Virus record (IMG/VR): IMGVR_UViG_3300021599_001640
Reading direction: 5' to 3' (one strand)
Length of the DNA: 60,340 nucleotides
DNA from: an uncultured virus (IMG/VR IMGVR_UViG_3300021599_001640)
Taxonomy: Duplodnaviria; Heunggongvirae; Uroviricota; Caudoviricetes
Shown: one piece after another, positions 40,801 through 47,802 of the stretch
Layout: every line of letters starts with the position of its first letter
How positions within the stretch are numbered: the stretch's first letter is position 1
The notes under the pieces: model-generated
What the model was told of the DNA's origin: nothing
Databases searched by the model: none
Seen by the model: only the letters and a program-made list of their open reading frames with translations
Made by a program: the position numbers and the translations under genes

Positions 40801-43541
40801 GTAGAATTGTACTTCGTAACGTTCTTGGTGGATTTGCTGCAGGAATTGTAACTGCAACTTCATTTGTAGGTCCATTAACTGGTAATGTTACTGGCAATGT
40901 AACAGGTAATGTGAGTGGTACAGCAGGAGGTCTCTCAGGAACTCCGAGTATCACCATCAATGCTCTAACTGCTACTTCAGCTGTAGTAGGCACAAACGTA
41001 GTTCTTAATTCCACTGGTATCAATGTAACTGGTATAATAACTGCAACTTCTTTTGTAGGTCCATTGACAGGAAATGTTACTGGAAATGCAACAGGCTTAA
41101 GTGGAACACCAAGTATCACTATCAATGCTTTAACTGCAACTTCAGGTGTAGTGGGTACAAATGTAGTTCTCAATTCTACAGGTATTAACGTAACTGGCGT
41201 AGTAACTGCAACTTCATTCGTAGGACCACTAACTGGCAACGTCACTGGAAATGCAACAGGCTTAAGTGGAACACCAAGTATCACTGTTAATACAATAACA
41301 GCTACATCGGGAATTATTACTTCGATTGAACTTGGAAATCTAACTGACACTACAATTACTAGAGCTTCTGCAGGTAGAATTGCCGTTGAAGGCGTTAATG
41401 TTGTAACTGTATCTTCAACTGATACATTAACTAACAAAACAATCGCTGCAGGATCTAATACTATTTCTGGTCTGACTAATGCAAACTTAAGTGGTTCTGC
41501 TGGAATTACAAATGCAAATCTAGCAAACTCAACCATTTCTGGTGTTTCACTTGGATCAAATTTAAATACATTAACCTTGAATACATCTGGAACTGGTCTT
41601 TCCGGTTCTACAACTTATAATGGTTCTGGTGCTGTTACATTCACAGTTACATCTAATGCAACTTCTGCAAATACTGCAGGTGCGATAGTTTCTCGTGATG
41701 CTTCTGGTAACTTTAGCGCTGGTACAATTAGTGCAACAACATTTAGTGGCGGCGCTGGAACATTCAGTAACAATGTTACCATCAATGATGGTGGTGCTTC
41801 TTCTAATACCACTGCATTTGGAACTTATAAGAGATTAGTATTTGATAATTCCTTTAATGATGCTGCTCGTGGTCCAAATAAAATTACCCTTTATAATGAT
41901 GGCAGTACTTGGGCTGGTGGATTTGGAATTCATAGTGATACGGTTTCTTATTATTCTGGAGGAACTCATAGATGGTATAAAGTAAATAGCCAAACATCAT
42001 TCTCAGAAATATTAACTCTAACTGCTGCAGGAGCTTTAACTGCCGCTTCAACAATTTCTGCTACAAGATTAATTTCAACAGTTGCAACAGGAACTGCTCC
42101 ATTTACAGTTTCTTCAACTACAGAGGTAACTAACTTAAATGCTGCTTTACTCAATGGATTTAGTTCTGCAACCACAAATACAGGAAATACTATTGTAAGA
42201 CGTGATGCTTCTGGTAATATTAATGGAAATACTATTACGGGTACAACAATTGTTGGTGGTACTGGAACAGCGATTGGTGGTGGTGGACTAGTTGTTAACG
42301 GAACAACTGGTGATAATGACTCTCAATTGATCATCAAGAAACCTTCCCAGTCATCATTTGGTGTTCTTACTTGGGATGGAATAGTCTTCTTAAGTTCTAA
42401 TATTTACTATACTGATGGATCTTGGGTACATAGTGCTCCAGCTGGTAACAATAATAACCAATTGTTCTTACTCCAACCTGGAAGTGGCGCAAGATGGTAT
42501 GCATCTAATAATGCAACTGGTTCTTGGAACGTTGCAAGTAATCTAGAATTGTGGAATGACTCTGGTACATGGCAGAGACCTCTTGCGAATACATTAACTA
42601 TGAATACATCTGGAACTGGTATTTCTGGTTCCACCACTTATAATAACTCTGGAGCAGCTACATTTACTGTTACATCAAACGCAACTGCAGCAAATACAGC
42701 AAGCACCATTGTAGCTCGTGATGCTTTTGGTAACTTTAACGCAGGAATAATTACCGCAACATTCTCTGGAACATTTAACGGTAGTATCAATGGTAATGCT
42801 ACTGGATTAACTGGAACCCCAAGTGTTACGGTTAACGCATTAACTGCTACTTCTGCTACTATTGGTACTAATGTAATTGTTAATTCCACTGGCATTAGAG
42901 TTACTGGAGTAACAACTTCAACTGGAGGATTTGTTGGTGCATTGACTGGTAATGTAAGTGGTAATGTGACTGGAAACGTTACTGGTAATGTAACTGGTAA
43001 TTTAACCAATACTGTAACTGGAACAAATACCACTGAACTTGTTCGTGGTAACATGGCGGACAACGACCAGTTCCGCATTTTAATCGGAGGCACTGCTTCT
43101 AACGCTGGTTATGTTGAAATTGCAACTGCAGATGATGGAACCGAACCAATTTACGTTAGACAATATACTGGCGTATTTTCAACTCTAACCAGAACTGCAA
43201 CTCTCCTTGATGGTTCCGGTAATACTACTTTCCCAGGCACAGTAACTGCACAATCTGATATTAAATTAAAGACAAACATCAATACAATTGAAAAGGCTCT
43301 AGAAAAAGTATTGAAGTTGCGTGGAGTTGAATATGATCGTATTGATATGAATGGCGAACATCAAATTGGTGTTGTCGCTCAAGAAGTTGAAGAAGTAATC
43401 CCTGAATTAGTATTTGAAACTGAAGATGGAACTAAGTCTGTTGCTTATGGAAACATGGTAGCAGTTCTAATCGAGGCAATTAAAGAACAACAATCACAAA
43501 TAGAAGACCTGAAAAATCAAATTAATGAACTTAAAAAATAA
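28809..43541 (+). CDS. Giant tail fibre/tailspike (4910 aa): Mtd_N-like N-terminus, pentapeptide-periodic stalk, beta-helix with inserted helical domains, mosaic distal part, C-terminal S74 chaperone
   Basis: N-terminal QVQLRRGT..EH..FTGA.GE..IDT....VVHDG...GG.PL. C-terminal SD.KLK.NI..I..ALEKVLKLRGVEY...IGVVAQEVEEV.PELV plus a coiled coil (peptidase S74 autocleavage chaperone; Ser codon 43254). Confidence 0.92.
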   Translation: MTKQVQLRRGTSAEHASFTGAVGELTIDTTLDVGVVHDGSTVGGHPLVGTRAPQTIVNKTSIGIGTTVANSELVVVGNADISGSVNSEYLNINERFLLTKTGIISAVSSNRILGIATLGLRKGDTVTIGAGVTLGTGSTSIITGFGSDIILLADNFASRLVNKTGRFEFPSSFSIIGINTASISVGYGITGQYLRSDEQVFSVGIDQIQLTYGATNPFSGEVDILGNTTAGSNVIAGVSALDTAQVEIGAFVEDLDSPSNISAGTTVVSKTTTTITISTNATQTLAGTTIGLTRDYNFVLTPPPITDNNIVIGNPKAGRADIPRVYSDFIDTSDINSTAAIVNTLFSDTSYTNQANINSGIITTASINSAVVSNLNATTVYSNDVNINTGIITSVIILGSNITNSNTNTARINIGIITSATITGAGITNLNVQTSTTNQANINIGILTTATIGGATVTNINATNSYTNTANINSGIITTATITGATVTNANISTSYTNQANINTGIITNATIGNVGITTSYTNQANINIGIVTTATITGATITNANITTSYTNQANINSGIITTATISSATISNAGISTSYTNIANINTGIITSATISSADINVGITSFSFVATSYSNEANINTGIITSATISQAGITSSNTQFATIVNAGISTSYTDVANINSGIITSATIAGATITNANITTSYTNVANINLGVVTSLTGQTSIIDNSFTTTSYTNQANINTGIITEAIITNAGITTSYTNVANINSGIITSATIDSATITNAGISTSYTNRANINVGVITEAVVTNADIITSYTNTANINTGIITAATITNGSVSNLYVNSGNINTGIITGAIITNANITTSYTNVANINSGIITAATIEYATILNAGITTSYTNVANINSGIITNATITNEVTTNANITTSYTNVANINVGFITAATVTNANITTSYTNQANINSGIITEAIITNAGITTSYTNVANINSGIITNATITNAIVTNANISTSYTNQANINVGLITAATITNGSVSTLYVNSGNINTGIITGAIITNANITTSYTNQANINSGILTSAVITNAGITSSYTNVANINVGFITAATVTNINATNSYTNTANINSGIITNASIEYATIQNAGISTSYTNQANINVGVITAAIITNANITTSYSNVANINTGIITSAIIDSEVVTNSSISTSYTNRANINVGVITAATITNANVTTSYTNQANINTGIVTTAHINTAYIGSANINIGFATYLGVTTSLTDRANINVGVITSAGITTATIDRLNVNTGVATYLDVRVSYSGTSYVNTGIITNVGITSGSANLLYLNAGIATYLGITSSVTNEAKINAGIITNANITTATVNTLNVNSGIATYLGITTAVATAFNINTAYINSGIITSANASSLIGQNVNIVNGNVDNLNATLGFVTHLSATNINVSGISTLGNVRIGTGNTSLVVTGNARITGILTIGSSSVTINGNNNNVSGVNSITGNVGVFTNVQVSGINTFTSLRNNVTFKTSQLGIATNYDLVLPPTLGQNGQLLGLNADGTLGFATGTGLYENRYYVSSVNGDDANDGKTLPVKTIKRASQLASFDSFIIPGQRYLDAGNLIESNKEFIKEEVVAYLEFNYEDISTRLMDYDPVICKRDIGYLVDALAYDIRFGGNSKSREAGLAYWSGATSYVAGEEEEAIFAYEYIKFLGQYIINNQSPPTLYQTAVSQTFDFTIIDDPENTNTNYFHRSKDARNLIIGNRQEIIDKSLASVALAATTGFYFPGEQETNERSRYYDSYKLIQINKQEIVDKSIASIAIGFPTGFYVPGPGVTSTTEDSRYYDAYRLIQINKSEIVATALTAISVQYPTLWSSGVSSAKCQRDLGYFVDAVSTDVFTGGNNYARAFTGFYFVGVGTTSLAGEEQQTIYGFQQAGTQMRRAITNLLTNKNLNVSSGPETYNGGGGNVGVSSTTACTDVQNTIVSLVGIVTAAIGVGNTSGLPAVNYGDFDLNVIGYGMTEGIWKCARDTGFFIDAVSTDVFTGGNNYARAFTGFYFSNVGNLLADGLAGETAESNYVFESARDYMKKAVTNQLNSRDLTITADPVTGFNTDPNSCSNVRSTIDTLTGIVTTAVGSGSTAGIGATTNYGYFLVNSTYNVSDFVGIGTTNVVGGRKCARDLGYIVDAVAQDISYGTNQHILYATKKYFDGAGAARTDGLLGEEVISAYAFQSLGTYAKRAVTNWLNYQDLSIQNDVSVGSTNKDVNVCANIRSNIDNLVGILTTAVISGSIVGIATTNLGLTDCADVRSALVNYVGIITTIVGLGTTAAPALVAPGTQSQPVCIIVEAGNYVEDNPIILYDDVAIVGDNLRNTIIRPANAGKDLFRVRNGIYLTGFAMKDAIDLAGVPQNTFDYAVAFDDPSDNLTSRAGYATKLDKPTITRSPYIQNCSILSFLGGNGMLVDGNKVLTPNVPLISEEVEVGPDAIQPEQGKSMVAAAFTMVSFGGIGWRVINDGYSQVVSCFQIFCRYGSLAQSGGYLSITNSATNFGLYALRSTGYSRNSFIFDRGRVAATGTSGGLQTLKAVGYGRSDVENYILRFFDGNGVDRTSQFKPAVTVKEFNGATGVGLTENTITITTHGFNNADPVIYNGDEQVIPNRIVGGLVNDNQYYVVYIDADNFKLAEDESLNTIVDLTSLSTGIHTITKSTQDFFVKEIIDSHNSYQKLTLAGVGSTASFVSGRLISQTVVGGTATGFAVTYNNTTRELIVALELSSGVRRNFSVTNGTTVLNINDHSPSPISIGVSAVVGLTTYWTVEFKTDSTIAGTLVQNIGTLPEVYKLHFHRPSIVNSSSHTWEFSGSGIDYNALPQNGGQTDPRSEQVSELGGRVYSSGTNELGDFKIGDSIVAYNRTGNIIFNNTVTIGTLDSIRLSLSGGNVIEEFSTDTDLGDNEIGGPKHSRVPTQLSTRSFLNNRLGDFIDKSVSTNAIPNAVVQLNSIGQINADLIPPKTVNYYKSSVDGGRTQLVNYIPATSLVSGDTVVEPTDSFVLITDTVGQYLVLNNSTVYNFLNGDEVVSVTSGGGAIGVVTAPPRIGVGLGTTTLSFPNVGYGTTGLVRGVPLTLNSLVGGSGYNNPGIYTGVRLDTSTGIGTGITATITVGVSGTVTNVAINTGGYKFAVGDVLTLNNPTPIGGRTGGSNFTVNIATVETRLYLALSNGQKFPGSSALSDFVSDRNAVAISTNIGIGYTVTFTPTDISVGGSVDFANDRIVVGSGHSFVDGDPVIYRSGGGTPIGPLLDTTTYYIKTVGLTSVQLYSTYALVTIKDLTSSGTLTHSLSRVGVNTLTDQITFKNHGLSQGEAVKVTGNTPTGITTGSFYFAGSVTTNSFTFHETRAAALASINGLLLNTVSLAGGTINSAVGIMTLTEQNVEYSRTVNTSSSDTNNWSLLSVGSLDASNIITGTLSPSRLGSGTANDQTFLRGDSSYQKVITSVGIGTTQPIGVTATSSELAPGGVGVNTYYGNINITLNRAQTSSDEYSTLGVSRFKSSTFTVGTDGAISIKNSVTGDVDAATLGGQNSAYYLDILNSTGTLPVTRGGTNLTAAPSLGFTLLGNGSSYTLTGSPEFAGVVGAGFTVLIDKDISFANSSNWTGNKAAKIQYFNGSLYNQYTTNWILRNSGGTDVVTVSVAGTGTFTGAIQATRFTSTQATGTAPFTVSSTTLVTNLNADLLDGKNTGTSGNTIPLLDGSNTWSGTQLFSSSFEAEAKTKDDITTRTKSGFWQTDTATTAEGWPQTTNTWYHLLSSTHSNTANYYAMQFAGSFYNSNDIYYRSTNGSGTTAWNKLWHQGNDGSGSGLDADLLDGLNSSTTNTVSTIVSRDAWGGFSAGIVTATSFVGPLTGNVTGNLTGNVTGNLTGNISNTVTGTATTELVRGNMADNDFFRILIGGTTSNAGYVEIATADDGTEPIYVRQYSGTFTSLQRTATLLDGSGNTTFPGIVTATRFISNVSTGTAPFTVTSTTQVTNLNASLLEGYSTDSANTASRIVLRNVLGGFAAGIVTATSFVGPLTGNVTGNVTGNVSGTAGGLSGTPSITINALTATSAVVGTNVVLNSTGINVTGIITATSFVGPLTGNVTGNATGLSGTPSITINALTATSGVVGTNVVLNSTGINVTGVVTATSFVGPLTGNVTGNATGLSGTPSITVNTITATSGIITSIELGNLTDTTITRASAGRIAVEGVNVVTVSSTDTLTNKTIAAGSNTISGLTNANLSGSAGITNANLANSTISGVSLGSNLNTLTLNTSGTGLSGSTTYNGSGAVTFTVTSNATSANTAGAIVSRDASGNFSAGTISATTFSGGAGTFSNNVTINDGGASSNTTAFGTYKRLVFDNSFNDAARGPNKITLYNDGSTWAGGFGIHSDTVSYYSGGTHRWYKVNSQTSFSEILTLTAAGALTAASTISATRLISTVATGTAPFTVSSTTEVTNLNAALLNGFSSATTNTGNTIVRRDASGNINGNTITGTTIVGGTGTAIGGGGLVVNGTTGDNDSQLIIKKPSQSSFGVLTWDGIVFLSSNIYYTDGSWVHSAPAGNNNNQLFLLQPGSGARWYASNNATGSWNVASNLELWNDSGTWQRPLANTLTMNTSGTGISGSTTYNNSGAATFTVTSNATAANTASTIVARDAFGNFNAGIITATFSGTFNGSINGNATGLTGTPSVTVNALTATSATIGTNVIVNSTGIRVTGVTTSTGGFVGALTGNVSGNVTGNVTGNVTGNLTNTVTGTNTTELVRGNMADNDQFRILIGGTASNAGYVEIATADDGTEPIYVRQYTGVFSTLTRTATLLDGSGNTTFPGTVTAQSDIKLKTNINTIEKALEKVLKLRGVEYDRIDMNGEHQIGVVAQEVEEVIPELVFETEDGTKSVAYGNMVAVLIEAIKEQQSQIEDLKNQINELKK
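29800..33060 (+). repeat. Intragenic tandem array of pentapeptide units (e.g. ANINS-GIITT-ATITG-ATVTN-ANIST-SYTNQ)
   Basis: Read directly from the translation. Exact DNA repeats: 30980-31057 = 31625-31702 and 31321-31360 = 31501-31540. Boundaries approximate. Confidence 0.93.
40840..41310 (+). repeat. About three tandem copies of a 55-aa (165-nt) fibre repeat
   Basis: Unit TATSFVGPLTGNVTGNATGLSGTPSITINALTATS.VVGTNVVLNSTGINVTG..; ACTGCAACTTC at 41040 and 41205. Confidence 0.9.
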
Positions 43542-43551
43542 ATAAAAAAAC

Positions 43552-43585
43552 ATAAATACCTCTAGGAAACTAGGGGTATTTTTTT
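43552..43585 (+). terminator. Terminator hairpin overlapping the late promoter and RBS of gp13
   Basis: AAATACCTCTAG-GAAA-CTAGGGGTATTT-TTTT then ATG; ATAAATA at 43552-43558. Confidence 0.85.
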
Positions 43586-44416
43586 ATGGCGCAACCATCT
43601 AGTAGAGCGGAGTTGAAAGATTATTGCCTCAAACAACTAGGAAAGCCAGTTTTAGAGATAAATGTAGATGATGATCAAATTGATAATCTAATTGATGATG
43701 CAATTCAATATTATCATGAACGTCATTATGATGGTATTGATCGTGTGTTTTTAAAACACAAACTCACTCCTGCAACCAAATCAACATTGGCTCAACCTGG
43801 ACCTATAGGTTCTGCTACTACATCTCCAACTGTTGTTGGAGCTGGTTTGACATCTCTTTCTTATGTTGAAGGAGTAAACTATCTACCCCTTCCAGATTCA
43901 ATTATTGGTGTTAATAGTATTCTTAAGATAAACTCTAGTACAGTTTCGGACGGTCTTTTTAATATTAAATATCAGTTATTTTTAAATGATGTTTATTATT
44001 ATGGTGCATTAGATCTACTTAACTATGCTATGGTTAAAAGATATCTTGAAGATCTAGATTACTTATTAAATCCTCATGCTCAAATTCGTTTTAACAAAAA
44101 GAATCATAAGTTATACTTAGACATAGATTGGCAACAAGTTGGTGAGAATGAGTATGTAATTATTGATTGTTATAGAATCGTTGATCCTTCAGATGCTCCA
44201 AAACTTTACAATGATTGGTGGTTAAAGAAATACCTTACTGCTTTAATTAAAAAACAGTGGGGACAAAACATGATCAAATTTAATGGAGTTTTACTTCCCG
44301 GTGGAGTTCAACTAAATGGAAGACAAATTTATGATGATGGTGTAGCCGAGGTTGAAAAACTAGAACAACAATTAAAAGACGAGTACGAACTACCACCACT
44401 CGATCTCATAGGATAA
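43586..44416 (+). CDS. gp13: Neck protein gp13
   Basis: LKDYCL.QLG.PVLEINVDDDQI; W.KKY.TALIK.QWGQN..KF.GV.LPGGV.LNG. Confidence 0.95.
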   Translation: MAQPSSRAELKDYCLKQLGKPVLEINVDDDQIDNLIDDAIQYYHERHYDGIDRVFLKHKLTPATKSTLAQPGPIGSATTSPTVVGAGLTSLSYVEGVNYLPLPDSIIGVNSILKINSSTVSDGLFNIKYQLFLNDVYYYGALDLLNYAMVKRYLEDLDYLLNPHAQIRFNKKNHKLYLDIDWQQVGENEYVIIDCYRIVDPSDAPKLYNDWWLKKYLTALIKKQWGQNMIKFNGVLLPGGVQLNGRQIYDDGVAEVEKLEQQLKDEYELPPLDLIG

Positions 44417-44417
44417 T

Positions 44418-45848
44418 ATGTCACCATTAAATTCTTATTTCCTCCAAGGATCTCCGAGTGAGCAAAGACTCATTCAAGATTTAATTAATGAACAACTTAA
44501 AATGTATGGACAAGATGTTCTATACATGCCCAGAAAAATAGTTGGTGAAAATACTGTCATCAAAGAAGTTACTGCATCCAAGTTTGATGATAGTTTTCGT
44601 ATAGAAGCTTATTTAATGAATTATGAGGGATTTAGTGGGAATGGAGATATTCTCAGTAAATTTGGTGTTAGAAGTAGCGATGAAATAAATTTAATAATTT
44701 CAAAAGAAAGATATGACGATTTTATATCCCCTTTACTTAAATTATGGCCAGAAACTGAAAGAAAGATAGCATATAGACCACAAGAAGGTGATTTAATCTG
44801 GTTTCCTTTAGATGAGTCTCTATTTGAAATCAAATATGTAGAACATAAAAAACCTTTCTATCAATTAAACAACCTTTATGTATATGAATTAAGATGTGAG
44901 AGATTTGAATATGAGGATGAAATTATTGATGTACCAGAGGTCGATCCAACTGGAATCGAAGTCAATGAATCTATCAAAGATCTTGGAAACATTTATACTA
45001 TTCAAATGGTTGGTACTGGAGCAACTGTTGCAACAGCTACTGTAGGATTTGCAACTACAAATCCAAATTCCAAGTCTGTACAGTATATTGATTTAATCAA
45101 TGATGGATATGGATATAATTCTGCTCCAATTGTTTCAATATCTACAGCACCTACTGGAGGATTGACTGCTACTGCTGTTGCTATAATGACAAGTAGATCT
45201 TCTAATCAGAGATTAGCCATTGACAGAATTTTAATCACAAATCCCGGATTTGGATATACTGAACCACCAACAGTAAGTATTTCTGGTGGTGGAGGTTCTG
45301 GTGGAATCGCAACAGCTGTCATCAATAGTGGAGTTCTAGGAATTATTGGTATTTCTTCTGGTGGTGTTGGTTATACAACTACTCCACAAGTTACGATACA
45401 GAAAATCTTTATTCCATCTGGTTCGGGAATATCATCAAACATTAATAATGCACAGGCTGAAGCAGTTGTTAACTCTAATGGAGTCGTTGTATCAGTAAGA
45501 TATTCGAATGCTGGTGCTGGTTATACATTTACTCCAACAATATCTTTTACAGATCCAACTGCAACTACATTTGGTGATTATGATTATAATGAGGTTGTAA
45601 CTGGAACGAGAACAGGAACGACCGGATATGTTAAGAGTTGGGATTCTACAAATAGAATACTCAAAGTAGCGATCGTTGACGGTACTTTTGCAAGAGGAGA
45701 AGCTATTGTTGGAGTTGCCGCGAGTTACAAAATATCCACTGTACAAACTAATGAGTTTTTGGATGCTTATGCAGAAAACATTCAGATTGAAAATGCCGCT
45801 GATGCAATTGTAGATTTCAGTCAAAGAAATCCTTTTGGTGAATACTAA
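44418..45848 (+). CDS. gp14: Neck protein gp14 with G.GY repeat insertion
   Basis: EQRLIQDLINEQLKMYGQDVLYMPR; RPQEGDLIWFP; terminal DFSQRNPFGEY. Confidence 0.95.
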   Translation: MSPLNSYFLQGSPSEQRLIQDLINEQLKMYGQDVLYMPRKIVGENTVIKEVTASKFDDSFRIEAYLMNYEGFSGNGDILSKFGVRSSDEINLIISKERYDDFISPLLKLWPETERKIAYRPQEGDLIWFPLDESLFEIKYVEHKKPFYQLNNLYVYELRCERFEYEDEIIDVPEVDPTGIEVNESIKDLGNIYTIQMVGTGATVATATVGFATTNPNSKSVQYIDLINDGYGYNSAPIVSISTAPTGGLTATAVAIMTSRSSNQRLAIDRILITNPGFGYTEPPTVSISGGGGSGGIATAVINSGVLGIIGISSGGVGYTTTPQVTIQKIFIPSGSGISSNINNAQAEAVVNSNGVVVSVRYSNAGAGYTFTPTISFTDPTATTFGDYDYNEVVTGTRTGTTGYVKSWDSTNRILKVAIVDGTFARGEAIVGVAASYKISTVQTNEFLDAYAENIQIENAADAIVDFSQRNPFGEY

Positions 45849-45851
45849 ATA
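45845..45851 (+). promoter_or_regulatory. Probable late promoter CTAAATA before gp15
   Basis: Overlaps the gp14 stop; 23 nt before the ATG. Confidence 0.6.
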
Positions 45852-45874
45852 ATTATTACTCCCAATAAATTATA

Positions 45875-46927
45875 ATGATATCAAATTATTTTTATCACGA
45901 AATATTGAGAAAGACCATAGTAGCTTTTGGTACGTTATTTAATGATATAAAAATTAAACATAAAGATAGTGCTGGAGATGATTTTAGTATCATTACGGTC
46001 CCTATAGCTTATGGACCCATACAGAAATTTTTAGCTAGAATTGAACAAGTACCAGATTTAAAAAGAAGAGTTGCTATAACTCTACCGAGAATGTCATTTG
46101 AGATGACTGGTATCTCTTATGATCCATCCAGAAAGTCATCTACAATGCAGACATTTAAAGCATTGGATTCTGATAATAATAATGAAATAACAAAATCTTT
46201 TTTGCCAGTTCCATATAATGTAAACATTAGACTTTCAATAATGGCTAAATTGAATGAAGATGCTTTACAAATAGTAGAACAAATATTGCCCTATTTCCAA
46301 CCACACTTAAATCTAACAGTAGATTTAGCCTCAAGTATTGGTGAAAAAAGAGATATTCCAATGATTTTGGAAAGAATTGGAATAGATGATCAATATGAAG
46401 GAGATTTTACAACAAGAAGAATTTTAATTTATACTCTTGACTTCACAGCTAAAACATATCTATTTGGCCCTACTGGAAATGGTAATGATGCTCTAATTAA
46501 ACAAGTTCAAGTAGATTACTATTCCAATACCAATAGAAACAATTCATCAAGACAATTAAGATATGTAGTAGAACCTAGGGCTCTTAGAGATTATAACAAT
46601 GATGAAATAACGGTAATTTCAGAGGATGTTTCTACAGATATTACAGAATTTACAGTTTCTGATGCTACGTCTTTAGTTGAAAAATCATATATTCAAATTG
46701 ATGACGAATCTATGTACATTCGTAAGATAAGTGGAAATACATTAACGGTTAATAGAAGTCAAGATGGTACGATAGCTTCTTCACATGCTTCTGGAACTGC
46801 AGTCAATGTTATTAATAGTGTAGATGATGATTTAATTGATCTTGACGATGATTTTGGATTTAGTGAATATCGTTATGATTATGGTGATGGTAAAGTTTAT
46901 AGTACTACTAAAGGAACTGATGTATGA
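45875..46927 (+). CDS. gp15: Tail sheath stabiliser/terminator gp15
   Basis: YFYHEILRKTIVAFGTLFN; VPIAYGPIQKFLAR; LPRMSFE; EQILPYFQP. Confidence 0.95.
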   Translation: MISNYFYHEILRKTIVAFGTLFNDIKIKHKDSAGDDFSIITVPIAYGPIQKFLARIEQVPDLKRRVAITLPRMSFEMTGISYDPSRKSSTMQTFKALDSDNNNEITKSFLPVPYNVNIRLSIMAKLNEDALQIVEQILPYFQPHLNLTVDLASSIGEKRDIPMILERIGIDDQYEGDFTTRRILIYTLDFTAKTYLFGPTGNGNDALIKQVQVDYYSNTNRNNSSRQLRYVVEPRALRDYNNDEITVISEDVSTDITEFTVSDATSLVEKSYIQIDDESMYIRKISGNTLTVNRSQDGTIASSHASGTAVNVINSVDDDLIDLDDDFGFSEYRYDYGDGKVYSTTKGTDV

Positions 46928-47355
46928 ACTTTGATGATATTGACAAAGCTTTAGATATAGAACCAACAACGATTAAATCCGAAATAGTTAAAACAGAAGT
47001 AACTGATATTCAAAAACCTACAGAAAATCTTGATCAATTACAAAAGGATTATGAATATTCTAGGGGTCAACTTTACTCAATTATCGAGAAGGGTCAAGAA
47101 GCGATTAATGGAATTCTAGAACTAGCCCAAGAATCAGATTCACCTAGAGCATATGAAGTTGCTGGACAATTAATCAAGAATGTTGGAGATGTTACAGATA
47201 AACTTTTAGATCTTCAAAAGAAAATGAAAGATATTAATAAGGAAGAAAAAGGAGCAACACCGACAAGTGTTACTAACAATGCAGTATTCTTTGGTTCTAC
47301 TGCAGAACTTCAAAAGTTCTTGAAGAGTTCCATGAATCAAGATACATCTAAATAA
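46924..47355 (+). CDS. gp16: Terminase small subunit
   Basis: DYEYSRGQLY..IEKGQEAINGILELAQESDSPRAYEVAGQLIK; GSTAELQK; ATGA overlap with gp15. Confidence 0.95.
   Translation: MNFDDIDKALDIEPTTIKSEIVKTEVTDIQKPTENLDQLQKDYEYSRGQLYSIIEKGQEAINGILELAQESDSPRAYEVAGQLIKNVGDVTDKLLDLQKKMKDINKEEKGATPTSVTNNAVFFGSTAELQKFLKSSMNQDTSK
47348..47354 (+). promoter_or_regulatory. Probable late promoter CTAAATA before the internal-protein cluster
   Basis: At the gp16 3' end; 24 nt before the ATG at 47379. Confidence 0.6.
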
Positions 47356-47378
47356 TAGATAGACCACTAAGTAAAGAA

Positions 47379-47801
47379 ATGAAGACATTCCGAAATTTTT
47401 GTGCCGAGGCTTATTCTATTAGTGAAATGGCAATGAATCCAAATAGTCGTTTCACTACAAGTGCTCAAAGAAATGCCTATGCTTCAAATCAGATTGGATC
47501 AAAGCAATTTTCTGACAGAGGTGGATATGCAGCCCTTAAAGCAGGTGGTGGACAAGCAGCACTAAAAAAAGGAAGTAGTGTGAGTGATGTTCTTTATGCG
47601 GGACAAAAGGCAAAAGCAGCAAAGGCACAACAAGATTTTTCTAACAAAATAAACAGACCTTCTCAACAGCAGTCTACACCAGTCAAAAAACCAATGGATG
47701 ATTTTGCTGCTGGTGGTGGTGCAGCAAAGATGAAAGCAACTGGTATGACAAAAGATCAAGTGATTTCACTTGGAAAGAAAAACTTATCTAATCAAAAGTA
47801 A
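47379..47801 (+). CDS. Putative capsid internal protein with T4 IP-like capsid-targeting sequence
   Basis: N-terminus MKTFRNFCAE|A resembles the T4 IPII/IPIII targeting peptide MKTYQEFIAE. Basic and A/G/K-rich, with two AGGG..(A/K) repeats; late promoter upstream. Confidence 0.65.
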   Translation: MKTFRNFCAEAYSISEMAMNPNSRFTTSAQRNAYASNQIGSKQFSDRGGYAALKAGGGQAALKKGSSVSDVLYAGQKAKAAKAQQDFSNKINRPSQQQSTPVKKPMDDFAAGGGAAKMKATGMTKDQVISLGKKNLSNQK

Positions 47802-47802
47802 T

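Noticed and set aside
40772..41536. 254-aa minus-strand ORF (and 42638-43093, 28916-29347 and the other short antisense ORFs)
   Set aside because: Antisense shadows of T/G/N/V-rich repetitive coding sequence; no RBS or promoter and no recognisable motifs.
40461..43240. Duplicated ~200-nt segments near the fibre C-terminus as a DGR template/variable repeat pair
   Set aside because: Differences are mostly synonymous and not adenine-specific, both copies are in-frame coding, and no reverse transcriptase is in the window.
47770..47802. TTG start of the 652-aa ORF
   Set aside because: It overlaps the upstream gene; ATG 47803 directly after that stop is more plausible and gives a targeting-like N-terminus.
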